This document shows positions 31,499 through 40,663 of a DNA stretch of 56,994 nucleotides, one piece after another. The DNA is from an uncultured Candidatus Saccharibacteria bacterium (GTDB taxonomy: Bacteria; Patescibacteriota; Doudnabacteria; UBA920), in assembly GCA_964436545.1 (NCBI GenBank), contig CAYTCJ010000004.1, positions 1 to 56,994 on the forward strand, read 5' to 3'. The position numbers and the translations under genes are program-made. Within the stretch, counting starts at the first letter, position 1, and each line of letters opens with the position of its first letter. A model generated the notes under the pieces. The model saw only the letters and a list, made by a program, of their open reading frames with translations. It searched no databases and was not told where the DNA came from.

Positions 31499-34453
31499 AT
31501 GCTAATTATTAAAGCTTTTTCAATCTTTATGTTTAAAAAATTTGGCTTAATTAAAGGGATTTTAGCAGTGGCGATTTTAGTCATGGTTTTACCTAATCCT
31601 CAAGCCTTGGCTCAGCCTGTGGTTTCCATTACTAATTCCAACGGGAACAGTGTAAGTATTTCTGTTTCCGGCGCTACCTATAACCAAAATGTAGACTTGG
31701 TTTATATTTTACCCAGCTCCAGTTTGCAAACTGTAATCAGCAATATTGGCACAGCTTATAGCGGGGTTTGGAATGGTAATATCAATTTGAGTGAGTATGG
31801 AATTTTAAGCGGATCACAGGTGTTTGTAAGAGTAGGTGGTCAGCAGTCTAATACTATAACCGTGGGAAGCGGATACACTGGCGGATGCACTTATCCTTCG
31901 ACAGGCTCAGGACCTTACGGCAATTGCGGGAGTCCTTATGGTTTGTCTTTAAGTCAAAATTCTGTAACTTTATCTGTGGGTCAATCTCAAGCCGTTACCG
32001 TAAATAATTATGGCAGTGGTTTTTATGTATCCGCTAATTCCAACTCCAATGTGGCGAGTGCCAGCGTTTCCGGTAATCAAGTAAACCTTTATGGGCTTAC
32101 TAATGGCACTACCAATATTTCTATTTGTTCGAACAGCGGGAATTATGCTTGCGCGAATATTTATGTGACAGTTAGCGGAAGCTTGGGGTGTGGTTATAAC
32201 TGTTCATCTCAAATGCAACTTAGCCCCAGCTCCTTAACTTTAGATGTAGGGCAAAGCTCCAGAGTCACTATCAATCCAAACCGAAGTTATTTGGTCCAGA
32301 ATTTATACTACATTTCTTCCAACAATAATCCGAATGTGGCCTCGGCTTCGATTTTGGGTGTCGGCAATGAACTTACGGTTAATGCTTTATCTGCCGGGTC
32401 TACCAACATTACGGTGTGTGAAAATCAAGCTGGTTATAATTGTGGCACTTTGTATATTACGGTGCGCAATACCGGCACGGGGAGCGGTAATGTGTGGTTT
32501 AGTCCGAGTAATCCAACTATGCAAGTGGGGCAAAGTTTGGCCGTGTCAATTAATAGCAGTGTAAGTTATTCCACTTATTCCGGTTCAAGTAATGCTTATT
32601 ATGTAGCTTCCAATTCTAATCCCAATGTGGTTTCCGCTTCTGTGGTGGGCACGGTGCTAAATCTTTACGCTAACCAAACCGGCAGTAGTAATATTAGTGT
32701 GTGTCATAGCTCTTTAAGTTTGTGTAGCACTTTGTATGTTAACGTTTCCGGCTCGGGGAGTTCCAGCCAACTATCTTTTAGTGAAGATTTCCCCAATTTA
32801 AATTTAAACCAATCTCGTTCAATAACGGTTTATTACAATAATGTGGCGACTTCCAATTTTTACATTTCCTCTAACTCCAATCCCAGTATTGTGAATGCTA
32901 CGGCTTCGGGAAATACGGTAAATTTATATGGACAGAATGTGGGCAGTAGCACCATTAACATTTGTCATTCTACAACCAGTGTATGTAGAAGTTTATCCGC
33001 CACGGTCGGGGGTTATTCCAGCGGTAATTTAACCTTTAGTCAGAATAACGTAAATTTAAATTATGCTCAGAATATAAATATTAATATTTTTGGAGGCAGT
33101 GGGAACGGGACTTATTACATTTCTTCCAATTCCAACCCGAGCATTGTTAGCGCTTCCATAGCCGGCAGTACGGTGTATGTGTATGGCCAGAGCCAAGGTT
33201 CTAGCACGATTGTGGTGTGTCAAAACAATACCGCTTCTTGCGGGACTTTGTATGTTACGGTTTACGGGACCGGCGGAGGCAGTGGGAACGGGATTTGGTT
33301 TTCGCAAAGCAATGTGAATGTCGGTCAATTCCAAAATCAATCGGTAATTGTGTACAGTAATTTAGGTTCCAATTATTACATCTCTTCTAATTCCAATAGC
33401 AATGTGTTAACCGTGAGTGTGGTAGGCAATACTTTAAATTTGTATGGTAAAGCCATTGGTAGTTCTAATGTGGTCGTGTGTCATGCTACTGCTAATAATT
33501 TATGCGGGACTTTGTATGTAAGTGTAGGTGGCGGGTTTGGTGGAGGAGCTTTATCTTTAAGTCAAAATAATTTAACTTTGTCTATGGGACAAAGCGCCAG
33601 TGTTACGGCTTATAACACTTCCGGTTCGTTATACGTTTCTTCCAATTCCAACCCGAATGTGGCGGGAGCGAGCGTATCCAATACTACTTTAAATGTTTAT
33701 GCGTCAAATACCGGCAGTACCAACATTGTAGTATGTCAAAATAATGCTACGCTGTGCGCGACTTTATATGTCACCGTAGATAATAATTATCAATCCGGTT
33801 CTCTGAATTTATTGACTTATAGTTTACCTAATTTTACTGTCGGGCAAAATTATTATCAACAGCTTCAAGTTTCCGGAGGTACGCCTCCTTATAACTTTAC
33901 TTTAACCGGCGGTGTTTTGCCCACCGGCTTGACTCTGTCCAATGCCGGAGTGATATCCGGAGTACCGAGCTTTACCGGTGCCACGCAATTTACTCTGCGA
34001 GTTAATGATAATTTTGGCAGAAGTGCCAGTGCGAATTTTAATTTAACCAGTGGCAGTGTTTTAGGGACCAGCGTGTATAAGAACGGGATGTTAATTAAAG
34101 AAGGCAACACCATCTATATTGTGTATCGCAATGCTAAAACCGGTTTTGCCAATTTATCCGCTTTTAACGGGTTTGGGTTTAAATTGAGTAATGTGATAAG
34201 TGTGTCCAATACGGGGTTGAACCCTTCCGGATTTACCATTACCACTGCCAATGCTTCCCACCCTTGGGGTAGTTGGATTAAGAGCGGTAATACCGTATAT
34301 TTTGTTCACGAAACCGGACTGGTGCCGGTTCCGGACATGGGCGTGTTTACCAATAATGGCGGAGTGGAAGCCAATATTGTGCCGGCTAATATAAAAGATT
34401 TCACTTTACCCATACTTTCAGTAATGGTGAATGATGATAACCGATTAAGGTAA
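31499..34453 (+). CDS. Large secreted/cell-surface protein with about 9 tandem Ig-like (Big_2-like) repeats and a C-terminal putative-Ig/cadherin-like module
   Basis: 984 aa. Signal-peptide-like MFKKFGLIKGILAVAILVMVLPNPQALA. A repeated about 95-aa unit (e.g. YYISSNSNPSIVSASIAGSTVYVYGQSQGSSTIVVCQNNTASCGTLYVTV) has conserved Cys pairs. GGTPPYNFTLTGGVLPTGLTLSNAGVISGVPS lies near the C-terminus. Confidence 0.8.
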   Translation: MLIIKAFSIFMFKKFGLIKGILAVAILVMVLPNPQALAQPVVSITNSNGNSVSISVSGATYNQNVDLVYILPSSSLQTVISNIGTAYSGVWNGNINLSEYGILSGSQVFVRVGGQQSNTITVGSGYTGGCTYPSTGSGPYGNCGSPYGLSLSQNSVTLSVGQSQAVTVNNYGSGFYVSANSNSNVASASVSGNQVNLYGLTNGTTNISICSNSGNYACANIYVTVSGSLGCGYNCSSQMQLSPSSLTLDVGQSSRVTINPNRSYLVQNLYYISSNNNPNVASASILGVGNELTVNALSAGSTNITVCENQAGYNCGTLYITVRNTGTGSGNVWFSPSNPTMQVGQSLAVSINSSVSYSTYSGSSNAYYVASNSNPNVVSASVVGTVLNLYANQTGSSNISVCHSSLSLCSTLYVNVSGSGSSSQLSFSEDFPNLNLNQSRSITVYYNNVATSNFYISSNSNPSIVNATASGNTVNLYGQNVGSSTINICHSTTSVCRSLSATVGGYSSGNLTFSQNNVNLNYAQNININIFGGSGNGTYYISSNSNPSIVSASIAGSTVYVYGQSQGSSTIVVCQNNTASCGTLYVTVYGTGGGSGNGIWFSQSNVNVGQFQNQSVIVYSNLGSNYYISSNSNSNVLTVSVVGNTLNLYGKAIGSSNVVVCHATANNLCGTLYVSVGGGFGGGALSLSQNNLTLSMGQSASVTAYNTSGSLYVSSNSNPNVAGASVSNTTLNVYASNTGSTNIVVCQNNATLCATLYVTVDNNYQSGSLNLLTYSLPNFTVGQNYYQQLQVSGGTPPYNFTLTGGVLPTGLTLSNAGVISGVPSFTGATQFTLRVNDNFGRSASANFNLTSGSVLGTSVYKNGMLIKEGNTIYIVYRNAKTGFANLSAFNGFGFKLSNVISVSNTGLNPSGFTITTANASHPWGSWIKSGNTVYFVHETGLVPVPDMGVFTNNGGVEANIVPANIKDFTLPILSVMVNDDNRLR

Positions 34454-34469
34454 GCCGGTTAGTTAAAAT

Positions 34470-34497
34470 AAAAATCCCGACTGAGTTCGGGATTTTT
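34470..34497. terminator. Bidirectional terminator between the surface-protein gene and efp
   Basis: AAAAATCCCGA-CTGAG-TTCGGGATTTTT. Confidence 0.6.
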
Positions 34498-34507
34498 ATT
34501 TAAATTT

Positions 34508-35065
34508 TTATTGAGCGACTCGTTCTACGTATTCACCATCTCGGGTGTCTACTCTCACGACATCGCCTTCTTTAATAAACATGGGGGCATTAACTACGAG
34601 GCCGGTTTCCAAAGTAATGGGTTTGGTGACATTGCCTCCGCTGTTACCTTTGGTGTCCGGGGGGCTTTCGGTGACTTTTAATTCCACTTTAATTGGGAGT
34701 TCAATGGACACAGGCTTGTCATTAAACCGTAAGATACTCACCGGCATACCTTCTTTAAGGAATTTTTCTTGTTCTGCGGTGATGTCTTTGGCAATATCCA
34801 CGGTTTCAAAGGTTTCCGGATTCATAAAGTGGGTGCCGGCTTCGTCGGCGTAAAGGAAGTTGGCTTTTTCCCTTACCACATCGGCTTCGTCTATACTTTC
34901 GCCGAATTTAAATGAATATTCGTAAACTTTGCCGGTAATGACATTGCGGAGTTTGGTTTGCATGACGGGTTTTCTTTGGGCAGTGCGCATGCGGTTAGAC
35001 CAAATTACTTGTACCGGCTGATTTTCCCACAAAATAATTGTGCCAATTTTTAAATCGTTTAAATC
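34508..35065 (-). CDS. efp: Elongation factor P family protein
   Basis: MDLNDLKIGTIILWENQPVQV...TKLRNVITGKVYEYSFK... and C-terminal OB domains typical of EF-P. ATG at 35065; the ORF track starts 10 codons upstream. Confidence 0.85.
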   Translation of the reverse strand, partial: DLNDLKIGTIILWENQPVQVIWSNRMRTAQRKPVMQTKLRNVITGKVYEYSFKFGESIDEADVVREKANFLYADEAGTHFMNPETFETVDIAKDITAEQEKFLKEGMPVSILRFNDKPVSIELPIKVELKVTESPPDTKGNSGGNVTKPITLETGLVVNAPMFIKEGDVVRVDTRDGEYVERVAQ

Positions 35066-35163
35066 CATAGAGCAAATGCAAAGTTTAAATATCAAAATGT
35101 AAAATTTAGGTGTCGCAAAGCGACTCTATAGTTTTTAACTTTGATTTTTTAATTTTAAATTTT

Positions 35164-35412
35164 TTAGGCTGCGACAAAAGGCAAGAGCGCCATATGGCGA
35201 GCGTGCTTTAAGGCTTTGGTAACCATTCTTTGGTGTTTGGGGCAAGTGCCGGTGCGGTTATGGTTTAAGATTTTCGCATGCGGGGACATAAACCGACGCA
35301 AGGTTTGCGTGTCTTTATAGTCTACGGTGCTTAATTGGTTAGAGCAAAAGTAGCATTGCTTTTTAACCTGGGGTTCTCGGTCTTTATCGCGATTGTTATA
35401 AGATGGTCTCAT
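35164..35412 (-). CDS. rpsR: 30S ribosomal protein bS18
   Basis: 82 aa. CYFC..., VDYKD...LRRF.S, TGTCPKHQR...A.K.AR..ALLPF. Confidence 0.9.
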   Translation of the reverse strand: MRPSYNNRDKDREPQVKKQCYFCSNQLSTVDYKDTQTLRRFMSPHAKILNHNRTGTCPKHQRMVTKALKHARHMALLPFVAA

Positions 35413-35517
35413 AAGAATAAATTAAAAAATTGAACAAAAATGACATAAATGACAAAAGGTTTAATGCAGTAGGCAATTATATTTTCGTCGTTTTTGGCAT
35501 TTATTAATTTTTAGTAT

Positions 35518-35994
35518 TTAGAAGGGGATGCCTTCCACATCTACCGATTCTAAATTATCTTGTTGAATGGTGGGTAATTCTTCTAGCGGGGGAGCGGTGG
35601 GAGTTTTTTCCGGTTTGGCGTTTATGGCCGGAGCTTTACCGGCAAAAGTAGAGCTTTGTCCGCCGGCAGGGCTTAACATAATCATGTTGTCGCCAATAAT
35701 TTCGGTTTTGTAGCGTTTTTTGCCATCTTCGCCATCCCAGGAGCGGGTTTGGAGACGACCTTCAATAAAAACTTTTTTGCCTTTGGTTAAATACTGTTTG
35801 GCAATTTCGCCTAATTTCCGCCACAGGACAACGTTATGAAATTCCACCTGCTCGACTTTTTGCCCGGTTTGTTGATTGGTATAAACATAATTGGTAGCTA
35901 CACTAAAGTTGCAAACATTAATGCCACTTGGTGTAGTCCTAAGTTCAGGATCATTGGTGACATTGCCAATAATCATTACTTTGTTTAAATCCAT
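35518..35994 (-). CDS. ssb: Single-stranded DNA-binding protein
   Basis: 158 aa. OB-fold N-terminus MDLNKVMIIGNVTNDPELRTTPSG, FHNVVLWRKLGE, and an acidic C-terminal tip DVEGIPF. Confidence 0.9.
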   Translation of the reverse strand: MDLNKVMIIGNVTNDPELRTTPSGINVCNFSVATNYVYTNQQTGQKVEQVEFHNVVLWRKLGEIAKQYLTKGKKVFIEGRLQTRSWDGEDGKKRYKTEIIGDNMIMLSPAGGQSSTFAGKAPAINAKPEKTPTAPPLEELPTIQQDNLESVDVEGIPF

Positions 35995-36082
35995 ATAATC
36001 TCCACTAATACACTAATCGCACGAATCACACAAATTCAGGATTAGTAATATTGGTGTAATTCGTGAATTAGTGGATAAATAA

Positions 36083-36574
36083 TTATTTGGTCATATCTTC
36101 CGAAAGGGCTTTTTCGATTTTTTCGTCTAAAGTCTTTTCGTCGATTTCTTCCAATTTAATGGTGGGTTTGGGAGCGGGGGCTTCGGTTTTGGCTTTGGCT
36201 TTGGGCTTTTCTTCTACCGTCGGGGTAGGGATTTTTCTGCCTTTTTTTAAAGCCAGAGCTTTATCTTTATCCACTCGGGTTAAGTGGGTTTCCAAATTAA
36301 TCAGAATATAGCGGATAATGTTAGTGTCCATACTGCGAATTTTAGCATCGAGAGTATGGAGATTTTTGCCTTCCATTGTAAAATTGACCACAACATAGTA
36401 ACCGTTGCGGGTTTTTTTAATGGGGTAGGCAAGTTTTTTCTTACCCAATTGGTTTTCCACTATTTCTGCACCACCATTGGCTTCAATGGCTTTGGTGACT
36501 TGGGCGCATAGCCCAGCGACCTCTGTCTCCGGCACATTACTGCCGAGGAGGTACATAAGTTCATATCTTGGCAT
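36083..36574 (-). CDS. rpsF: 30S ribosomal protein bS6 with a Lys/Glu-rich C-terminal extension
   Basis: 163 aa. MPRYELMYLL..., WGKKKLAYPIKK-like segment (LGKKKLAYPIKKTRNGYYV). Gene order is rpsF-ssb-rpsR. Confidence 0.9.
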   Translation of the reverse strand: MPRYELMYLLGSNVPETEVAGLCAQVTKAIEANGGAEIVENQLGKKKLAYPIKKTRNGYYVVVNFTMEGKNLHTLDAKIRSMDTNIIRYILINLETHLTRVDKDKALALKKGRKIPTPTVEEKPKAKAKTEAPAPKPTIKLEEIDEKTLDEKIEKALSEDMTK

Positions 36575-36885
36575 TAAGGTTTTCCTTTAGCCCTGTACCC
36601 GAATCTGCGAGGCAGAGCGTGGTCCAGGGTCCTTAATCACCCTATCGGATGATGGGGCGAATATATTAATTGTTTTCAGATTTTAACAAATTTTGGCTTA
36701 ATAGTCAAGGATTAGACATTAATAAGACTTACACTTTTGAGCTAATTTCGAGGCATTTTCCGAGGATTTTATGAGGTGTATTGTAAATACGACGAATAAA
36801 ACCTTCAGGAAAATAACGAAGAAATTAGCCAAAGTCACTTTAGGACTTCGGCTCTGCCGAAGTTGAAGTGGCAAGAGTGGAAGTT

Positions 36886-38013
36886 CTAATTAAACAAAAA
36901 ATGCACTACATCGCCATCTTGCATGACATATTCTTTACCTTCGGTTCTTAGCCAGCCTTTATTTCTAGCTTCCGGATAGCCTCCTGCTTCCAGTAATTTA
37001 TCCCACTGGATAACTTCGGCTCGAATAAAACCTTTTTCAAAGTCAGTGTGGATTTTGCCCGCTGCCTCGGGTGCTTTACTGCCTTTGACGCAAGTCCAAG
37101 CTTTGCTTTCTTTGGGACCGGCAGTAATAAAAGTAAGTAAGCCTAAAGTTTTATAGGCTTGTTTGATAATTTTGTTAAGTCCGCTTTCCGGCAAACCTAA
37201 CTCTTTTAAATATTCGGCCCGTTCGTCATCGCCGAGTTCCGATAATTCCGATTCCAGCTGAGCGTCAATGATAATCATGTCCCCCTCCCCATCCCTCCCC
37301 ACTAGGGGGAGGGAGTTTGTTTCCTCCCCCTTGATGGGGGAGGCTAGGTGGGGGTGTGCTTGAAACTCTTTTTTCTCCAAATCAAACTTTTCATTAGCCA
37401 CAAACAAAAAAGGTTTGGTGGTTAACAGTTGAATGTCTTTACTATTTTCCCGTTCTTCAGTAGTCAATTCAACACTAAAAGCCATCTCGCCTTTTTCCAA
37501 AGCCATTTTGTATTTTTCCAAAACTTGTTTTTTTATTACCATGTCTCTGTCGCCCGACTTAGCTCCTTTGCTTACTGTGCTCAATCGATTTTCCACATTT
37601 TGTAAATCGGCTAATTGCAGTTCAATCCCAATGGTTTCCATATCCCGCTGGGGGTTCACACTGCCATTGACGTGAATAATGCCATCGTTTTTAAAAAACC
37701 GCACCACTTCCATAATGGCGTCAACTTCACGAATGTGAGAAAGAAATTTATTGCCTAAACCTTCGCCGGCCGAGGCGCCTTTAACCAGCCCGGCAATATC
37801 TACAAATTCGATGGTGGTGGGCACAACTTTTTCACTCTTTTCCAATTCTGCCAGTTTGGCGAGCCGGTCGTCGGGCACAGCCACCACGCCCACATTGGGG
37901 TTAATGGTGGCAAAGGGGTAGTTAGCAGCTTCTACTTTACTTTTGGTGATGGCGTTAAATAGAGTGGATTTGCCGACATTGGGCAAACCAACAATGCCGA
38001 TTTTAAATGACAT
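36886..38013 (-). CDS. ychF: Ribosome-binding (redox-regulated) ATPase YchF
   Basis: 375 aa. G1 GIVGLPNVGKSTLFNA, and the C-terminal TGS-like region AAGKIHTDFEKGFIRAEV. Confidence 0.9.
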   Translation of the reverse strand: MSFKIGIVGLPNVGKSTLFNAITKSKVEAANYPFATINPNVGVVAVPDDRLAKLAELEKSEKVVPTTIEFVDIAGLVKGASAGEGLGNKFLSHIREVDAIMEVVRFFKNDGIIHVNGSVNPQRDMETIGIELQLADLQNVENRLSTVSKGAKSGDRDMVIKKQVLEKYKMALEKGEMAFSVELTTEERENSKDIQLLTTKPFLFVANEKFDLEKKEFQAHPHLASPIKGEETNSLPLVGRDGEGDMIIIDAQLESELSELGDDERAEYLKELGLPESGLNKIIKQAYKTLGLLTFITAGPKESKAWTCVKGSKAPEAAGKIHTDFEKGFIRAEVIQWDKLLEAGGYPEARNKGWLRTEGKEYVMQDGDVVHFLFN

Positions 38014-38350
38014 AAGAATGAATTAAGTTTATCCGCCTTTGGCGGAAAGGATGAATTATGAATTAAGGAGAGGTGATTAGTGAGTAGTATATAATGAGCG
38101 GAAAATAAAAGCAAAAAATTAAACTTTACTAAAGTAAGGTGGAAAAGCGGTTTGCGTTAAGTTTTTAACAGGTGCAAACTTTAAGTAGAGGCAAGGGGAA
38201 GTGGTGATTCCTTTTGCTGGTTCGCTAGCGCCAGAGCCCTTACTGAAATAGGAAACTTGCAACGTTCTACGGGGGACTTTGCAAAATGGTGCATCTGGCG
38301 AAAAATGAGCGGACATCTCTCACCAAAAATTCCCAAAAGGAGTTAAAGAG

Positions 38351-39115
38351 ATGTTCGAAAGCTACACAAAGTCGCAGGCACCAAGTGGCCTGCGCTGGAC
38401 CGTTCCGCTTGGCGCCCTTGTCGTCGCCTTGCTGATCGGCTCCATGATAGTTGTGCCCAAGCTGTTTCCCGCCCAAGTTCGGCAGGTTAAACAAGCTGTG
38501 GCACCCATTTTCTTTCCGGCAGTTGTGGACCAGGCGCCTCCCGAAGCGCCTAAAGTTCATAAACTGCCAACCGGCCCGCAAAAGCCCACGGTCCGCGTCG
38601 AAAGGTATCATGATCCGTTTGAGGCACCTCGCGTGGTGCCAACGGAAATACTTACCGACGTGCCGGAAGTTTTTGTTCCCCCCAATTCTCGCGTGGGGGA
38701 TTTGCCAGTTGCAAGCACGTGCCCGCCTGGGGCAACTTGCATTTTTGGCAATGAGCCGGTCCCAACGTCTCCACCTCCACCGCCAGTGGCTAAGCCCGAG
38801 CCTCCCAAGGCTGTGGCAAAGCCCGAGCGGATTGCGGTAAGTTCGGGTGTGCAGGGTGCAAAGCTGGTCTTCCAGCCTAAGCCTGTCTATCCCGATCTTG
38901 CTCGCAAGGCTCGCATCCAAGGCACGGTTCGTTTGACTGCTGTCATTTCGCGTGACGGCAACATCCAGAACCTCACCTTGGTTAGCGGGCACCCGCTGTT
39001 GGTGGGAGGGGCAATGGAAGCCGTCAGGCGGTGGCGCTACGAGCCCACTTTGCTGAACGGCGAGCCTGTGGAGGTGATTACACAGGTTGACGTGAACTTT
39101 ACCCTCACCCAGTAG
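38351..39115 (+). CDS. TonB-type energy-transducer-like protein (N-terminal TM anchor, Pro-rich linker, TonB C-terminal domain), encoded on a GC-rich insert
   Basis: 254 aa. TM LGALVVALLIGSMIVV, linker PPPPPVAKPEPPKAVAKPE, C-terminus YPDLARKARIQGTVRLTAVISRDGNIQNLTLVSGHPLL..AMEAVRRWRYEPTLLNGEPVEV..QV.VNF. SD AAAAGGAG lies upstream. Confidence 0.7.
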   Translation: MFESYTKSQAPSGLRWTVPLGALVVALLIGSMIVVPKLFPAQVRQVKQAVAPIFFPAVVDQAPPEAPKVHKLPTGPQKPTVRVERYHDPFEAPRVVPTEILTDVPEVFVPPNSRVGDLPVASTCPPGATCIFGNEPVPTSPPPPPVAKPEPPKAVAKPERIAVSSGVQGAKLVFQPKPVYPDLARKARIQGTVRLTAVISRDGNIQNLTLVSGHPLLVGGAMEAVRRWRYEPTLLNGEPVEVITQVDVNFTLTQ

Positions 39116-39227
39116 TGAGAGGTGAAGCACGTCTATAGTATTTTTCCCCTGTTTTAGGGGGAGGGAGGCGACCAAAGTCCGGTCCAGCCTTCCTTTTTTT
39201 CGCCCGAGTTTATGATATAATTGATAT

Positions 39228-40028
39228 ATGCAAATTACTAAATTCAACAATTTAACCCACAAAAAACTGATTGTTTTTGATTTGGACGGCACTTTGGCGC
39301 CCACCAAAGCGCCCATGGATAGGGAAATGGATAAGTTAATTACCCAGCTGTTAGCCCAAAAAAAAGTGGCGATTATTGGCGGAGGGAAATGGGAATTGTT
39401 TAAACATCAATTTTTAAATGAACTTACCGCACCCAAAAGTTTATACCGACAGTTATTTATGTTCCCCACTACAGGCACGACGTTTTTACATTACCAAAGG
39501 GGTTGGAAACGAGTTTACGAGCACAAGCTTTCAGTGAGCGAAGTTAAAAAAATTTATTCTGCCATCCATAAAGTTTTAAAAGACATTAATTACCAAGCGC
39601 CTAAAAAAATTTATGGTAAAATAATAGAAAACCGAGGCAGTCAAGTCACGTGGTCGGCTTTAGGGCAAGATGTGGTAAAGGTTTTAGGCCAAAAGGGGAT
39701 TCTACTTAAAAACCAGTGGCGAGATAACCACACGCCCACTAAGTTAAAGATTGCTAAACGCTTAAAAGTTTATTTACCGAATTTGGAAATTCATTCTGCC
39801 GGACATACCTCCATAGATATTACCAAAAAAGGGATAGATAAAGCTTACGGCATTCGGCAAATGGAGAAATATTTAAAAATAAAAATTCAAGATATGTTGT
39901 TTGTGGGTGATGCAATTTTTCCCGGGGGGAATGACTACGCTGCGCTTAAAAGCGGGGTGGATTATGTAAAAGTTAGAGATCCGAAAGATACCAAGCAACT
40001 AATAAGGGAAGTGTTAGGAGTTAATTAA
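39228..40028 (+). CDS. HAD-superfamily (IIB/Cof or PMM-like) hydrolase
   Basis: 266 aa. Motif I LIVFDLDGTL, a later TSIDITKKGIDK segment, and FVGDAIFPGGNDY (motif IV). Confidence 0.75.
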   Translation: MQITKFNNLTHKKLIVFDLDGTLAPTKAPMDREMDKLITQLLAQKKVAIIGGGKWELFKHQFLNELTAPKSLYRQLFMFPTTGTTFLHYQRGWKRVYEHKLSVSEVKKIYSAIHKVLKDINYQAPKKIYGKIIENRGSQVTWSALGQDVVKVLGQKGILLKNQWRDNHTPTKLKIAKRLKVYLPNLEIHSAGHTSIDITKKGIDKAYGIRQMEKYLKIKIQDMLFVGDAIFPGGNDYAALKSGVDYVKVRDPKDTKQLIREVLGVN

Positions 40029-40040
40029 ATTTAGATCTTT

Positions 40041-40658
40041 ATGTCTGAAAAAGTAACTACAGAAACTCTGTTAAAAGGTGATAACGCCGATGAATATGTT
40101 GGATGCGGGGAGCTTTTTGCTCTAGACAAAGTAATGGATTTGGCAGTAAAAGATATAGATATATCAGATGTGGAGAATTTAGGGCTGGTTGATTTTAAAG
40201 TTGCCGAAATTAAAAGAAGGTTTGGTTATTATCGTTTGTGGGCAATGGCAACAGATGCACAGCTTAGGCAGTGGGCCAGTTATAAATCTTTAGAGGATAA
40301 GTTAAATACTTCTAAAGAGGAATATTATTTTAAGCAAGCTCAAGAAAATAGAGAGTATTGTTCCAAAGCCCTTAATTTTTTTACTAGCGAAGTAGATCAA
40401 GTAATTGAGACATACGAAAGACAGTTTATTGAAAGCTATATTAGAGCAATTAAAGAAAATATTGAGCACCCTATTACTGTAATCGGAGTTATTAGAATAA
40501 TGCTTAAAGACCAACATTTAAATATTCCAAAAGGAGTAAAAGACAATATTGGTTTATTTTTTGAACAAATTTGTGATTTAGTGAAAGATAATCCTATTAA
40601 TCAAGATAAAATCAAACAGTATTGTTTTAAAATAATTGAACAATTAGAAAGTATTTAA
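40041..40658 (+). CDS. Hypothetical protein (205 aa), 5 nt upstream of the sigma-factor gene
   Basis: Clean ORF with no recognisable motif. Confidence 0.6.
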   Translation: MSEKVTTETLLKGDNADEYVGCGELFALDKVMDLAVKDIDISDVENLGLVDFKVAEIKRRFGYYRLWAMATDAQLRQWASYKSLEDKLNTSKEEYYFKQAQENREYCSKALNFFTSEVDQVIETYERQFIESYIRAIKENIEHPITVIGVIRIMLKDQHLNIPKGVKDNIGLFFEQICDLVKDNPINQDKIKQYCFKIIEQLESI

Positions 40659-40663
40659 ATATT

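Noticed and set aside
38267-39316. 349-aa minus-strand ORF, plus several other ORFs at 38119-38840
   Set aside because: It lies antisense to the TonB-like gene inside the GC-rich insert, and long shadow ORFs are expected in GC-rich DNA. The translation is Arg/Gly/Leu/His-rich with no motif, whereas the plus-strand frame gives a textbook TonB layout with an SD.
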